Of a stretch of DNA of 64,000 nucleotides, positions 60,588-64,000 are shown one piece after another. The translations under genes were made by a program, and so were the position numbers. The stretch comes from Schizochytrium sp. TIO01 (Eukaryota; Protista; Bigyra: Labyrinthulomycetes), in the NCBI GenBank assembly GCA_004764695.1, contig SMSO01000032.1, forward strand, positions 4,062,483-4,126,482, read 5' to 3'. Below the pieces are notes generated by a model that worked only from the letters and a program-made list of their open reading frames with translations, had not been told where the DNA came from and made no database searches. Positions within the stretch are counted from its first letter, which is position 1; each line of letters starts with the position of its first letter.

Positions 60588-61849
60588 ATGAGCTCCCAAG
60601 CTACTCTTGCACGCATGGCGTTCATCGCCATTGGCTACGCCGTCAGTAGCTCTGGTCTCGTTGTTATTAACAAATGGGCTGTTATGCGCTGGCCTTACTC
60701 GAGCACCTTGACTTTTACCCAGCTTACCGCATCCTGGGTGCTCGCCTTCATCATTGGTCTCATTGGCCTTGTGCCTGTAGATAAGCTCGACTGGCAGAAA
60801 ATCAAGGCATTCTCCCCTGCCTGCCTTATCTTCTTCGTTGTGCTTGCCTGCAACATGAAACTTCTTCAGTACGCCAACGTTGATACTTTTATCGTGCTCC
60901 GCTCTCTCGTCCCGCTTGCCACTGCCTTTACTGAGCGCCTTACCATTGGCACTCCGCTGCCGGGCCCTAAGGTTCTTGCCTGCCTTGTGCTTATTGTCGT
61001 TGGTGCTGTTGGGTACGTCCAGGCTGATCGTGAGTTCAGCCTAACCGCCTACACCTGGGGTGCTGCATATGTCATCACCATGGTCATTGACACCGTGCTT
61101 GTCAAGCGCGTCGTGACCAAGGTTGAGCTTACCCCGTGGGGACTGGTTCTCTACAACAACCTTATCGCTAGTGTACTCTACCCGTTCTTCGCCTACGCCA
61201 CCGACGAGGCCAGCCAAATCCCCATTGCCATGGCCGAGCTTCTTGCTCCTGGCAGCTCCTCCGCCGTGGCAGTTGCTGCTTCCTGTGTTTTCGGAATTGC
61301 CATCAGCTACTTTGGTCTTAACGCTCGCAAGGCTCTTACTGCCACCGCCTTCTCCGTTCTTGGAGGTAAGTTTCTTCTTTCTATCCACGGCTGTCTTGTT
61401 AGAAATGCTATCAAGATAGCAACTAGCAATGACGCCGTCATCTTTTCAGTGAATTTGGTAGGCTCTCTCGTCATTATGGTATACTGAGCCAACAACTTGG
61501 TTGCTCTCAATACTGTACTGAGAGTGTATTTATATTGAATGTGTGACTAACTTTTCGTTCAACGTTTGTGTCCCGCGTACCTTTTTTATTTTGTTTTATT
61601 TTTACAGTTGTCTGCAAGTTCGCGACCGTCCTTGTCAATGTCTCTGTCTGGGAGCACCACGCTTCCCCTGTTGGTATCTTCTGGCTTCTTGTCTGTATCT
61701 CTGGTGGTATCCTCTACCAGAAGGCTCAACAGGCTGCTTCATTCACTCCCGCAAAGAGTGACGACAACAAGCCCTCCACTAGCTCTGAAGGCAAGAGCTA
61801 CAACGCTGTTGACACCGAAGATGCTGACGAGGTTGCCGACAAGGCCTAA
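60588..61849 (+). CDS. GDP-sugar (GDP-mannose/GDP-fucose) Golgi transporter, SLC35/GONST-like. Exon 1 60588-61365, intron 61366-61607, exon 2 61608-61849
   Basis: LVVINKWAV, LQYANVDTFIVLRS, WGLVLYNN; splicing G|gtaagt...tttacag|TT gives LTATAFSVLGVVCKF (GxxNK-like GDP-sugar motif, here GVVCK). Confidence 0.88.
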
Positions 61850-62455
61850 GAATCAATCCTAGTCATCTTGGATGTAGATATTATCAATAATCTATGCAAT
61901 GACACTTCACATTGTGCTATCTCTTCTGGCGTTTCTTCACCAGGATGTGATAAATGATTCTGCTGGTAGATTTATTTGTCATGCGAGCACAAGGAACCAC
62001 AATTCAGAAACCCTTCAACAAAACAAAAACTACAGTCAAATTAGCTACTACTCTTCCCCTACTTAAAAAAATACAAAAACCCAAACACCATGATGCGTAA
62101 GATTTTCACTTCTTTGCACTCGCAATATCAAATCGATTTAGCAATAACTTTTCAATAAACGAATTCAAAAGCACTTGCTCCTAGTTTTGACACAAACGGA
62201 ATATATTAGTTTCACATGCTAAGTTGCGAAAACAGCTCTAGCTAGATACTGATGTAGCCTTAGTTGGCAAAGAAATTTTTTAATCTGATAAAAGAATAAT
62301 ATATATACCATGCTGATTATAAAACGAGAAAAGGCTTGGCAAGTGCCACAGCAACCAATAGCAATCAAAACTCAACTAAGCAACAAGACTGCATGGAATG
62401 ATTCTCCACTAGGCCAGAGCATTTGGGGGTAAGGGAGTATTCATTGTATCAATCA

Positions 62456-62902
62456 ATGGAAAAATCCAACCTCGGTACGCAAGCTCAATCGACTTCGCTG
62501 AAGCGATTGCGACAGGAGCAAGAAAGCGAGCCTCATGCCACCGTGAAACCGGAGAACACTACCTGTGAGAAGCCTCTGGAGCCTAAGTTGGTTCTTGATA
62601 CCAGCCCCCCGTCGTCTTCTAGTCGCTCAAACGATATAGGTTCTGGGTCATATCATTATGAGGACCAAGACAGTCAATATAAAAGAGACGAAACTAGGCC
62701 CTTAGAAGCACCCGTCCCAGTCGTCGATCAACTTTTAAATGCATCCCGGGAACCACATTTGAAGTCCCGGATTGATTCCCTATACAAATTGGGAGATTTT
62801 ATGTATGAGTCAAGTGCGCTCTCCACTGGAACAATGTCTTTGCGGAAAACAGTGACTCTGCAATCTGCACGACCAGATCCTGTACCAAAAACCCATGGCT
62901 AA
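62456..62902 (+). CDS. Possible short orphan, low-complexity protein (148 aa)
   Basis: ATG-initiated ORF, hydrophilic, no recognisable motif. Confidence 0.25.
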   Translation: MEKSNLGTQAQSTSLKRLRQEQESEPHATVKPENTTCEKPLEPKLVLDTSPPSSSSRSNDIGSGSYHYEDQDSQYKRDETRPLEAPVPVVDQLLNASREPHLKSRIDSLYKLGDFMYESSALSTGTMSLRKTVTLQSARPDPVPKTHG

Positions 62903-63721
62903 GAGCGAATTTAGTTTAGCCCCTCCTCCAGGAGCTTCCATGTTCTTCAAGAGCTTTTATTGAACATATGCAAATGGCTCTCTCTTGAAAGATTCTGTTA
63001 TTTATAAGTGGTAAACGATCTTGAACCAGTTGAAGCGATCCTTCTAAAAGCCTTTTTATATTAGATTCATAGAGTGAACAAGAACCATTGAAAAGAGTGA
63101 TGCATGCACTGAGCATAGAGACTGCGGCTCCGGGATGCACATAAAAAGAAGACATGCATAAAAAGACGAAGCCGAGACAATGAAAAGGATTTTTGAATCA
63201 AGTGCTCAATCTGTAAACGCAACGATTAGCAGAAATCTGAAGCACCCAACTTGACTGATTGAGGCCCTATATTGCAATTCAACAGTAATGAAAGTCTGGT
63301 AGGTAATCGAATACCAAGCACACGAAAGAGCAAATGTGATAACAAATCAAGGCATAAGCAGACAAAAAAACGGAAAAGAATGTGAACAGTGGCGTTTTCA
63401 TTTGCAGTCGAAACAACGTGTAGAGGGTTCGAACGAGCAAGCCTATTCAAAGAAAATTAGGAAAAGAGGAAGATGAGACAGGTCAGAACGAAGGATTGGT
63501 GATCTTGAGAAGGAGAGAGAGAGGGTAGGTACTAGGATCTTTTTTTGTTTTTTTCATTTTCTCTTTTCTTTTTCTTTTTGATTTGAGGGGAAGTTTGGTG
63601 TTGTTTGGAATGAGATCATGATAGCTGAGGCATGAGTAGATATGTAGGTGTATGTATTGGAAGGAGGTAAGTTGGTTTCACAAGGAGGATAACAGTATAT
63701 AGACATAACTGTCACTCGTCA

Positions 63722-64000
63722 TTAACAGCAGCCAGACTCAACAGCCTTACCGTCAAGCTGGGTCACGTTCGCGGGCTGGTTGCCACCGTTGCCGATGGGC
63801 TGGCTAGCCATGCGCTGCTTGATCTGGCTCGCCATGACCATGAAGGCCTTTTCGACGTTGGTAGAGTTCTTGGCACTGGTCTCGAGGAACTCCATCTCAA
63901 CAGAATCGGCAAACTCCTTGGCAGCCTCGTAGGAGACAACGCGCTTGTTGGTGAGATCGCTCTTGTTACCGACAAGAAGTGTGTTAACCTTGTCTGCAGC
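63722..64000 (-). CDS. RAB1: Rab1/Ypt1 GTPase, 3' part (runs off the window end; not in the ORF track in this frame)
   Basis: Manual translation: [64 protein letters not shown]...ESGCC*; G4 NKSD, G5 ETSAK, C-terminal CC prenylation site. Confidence 0.95.
   Translation of the reverse strand, partial: AADKVNTLLVGNKSDLTNKRVVSYEAAKEFADSVEMEFLETSAKNSTNVEKAFMVMASQIKQRMASQPIGNGGNQPANVTQLDGKAVESGCC

Overview
Eukaryotic, intron-poor genomic DNA with microsatellite-rich intergenic spaces. Gene content and style suggest a stramenopile protist, probably a thraustochytrid/labyrinthulomycete (inference only). The first ~21.5 kb has no recognisable gene and is punctuated by very AT-rich islands. The remaining ~42 kb holds about 11 genes: an EDR2-C/DUF1336 protein, battenin/CLN3, an LRR-ankyrin-(TIR-like)x2-coiled-coil-IQ protein, a trifunctional histidine-biosynthesis fusion (HisC + HAD phosphatase + IGPD), two head-to-head ~1700-aa TmcB-like PAS membrane paralogs, borealin, a PA-domain 7TM receptor-like protein, phytochelatin synthase, a GDP-sugar transporter and the 3' end of Rab1. 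Five things stand out. (1) The three-step His fusion is interrupted by one extra G at a GGG-TGA site and preceded by a 34-bp palindrome. (2) The divergent TmcB-like pair each carry two extracellular modules with a NarX/PilJ-like motif but no recognisable catalytic output domain. (3) The LRR-ANK protein carries tandem TIR-like domains and IQ motifs. (4) The 7TM protein has a PA-like ectodomain. (5) Extra-G frameshifts occur in at least two genes; assembly error is the simplest explanation and must be excluded first. No rRNA, tRNA, CRISPR array or intact mobile element was recognised.
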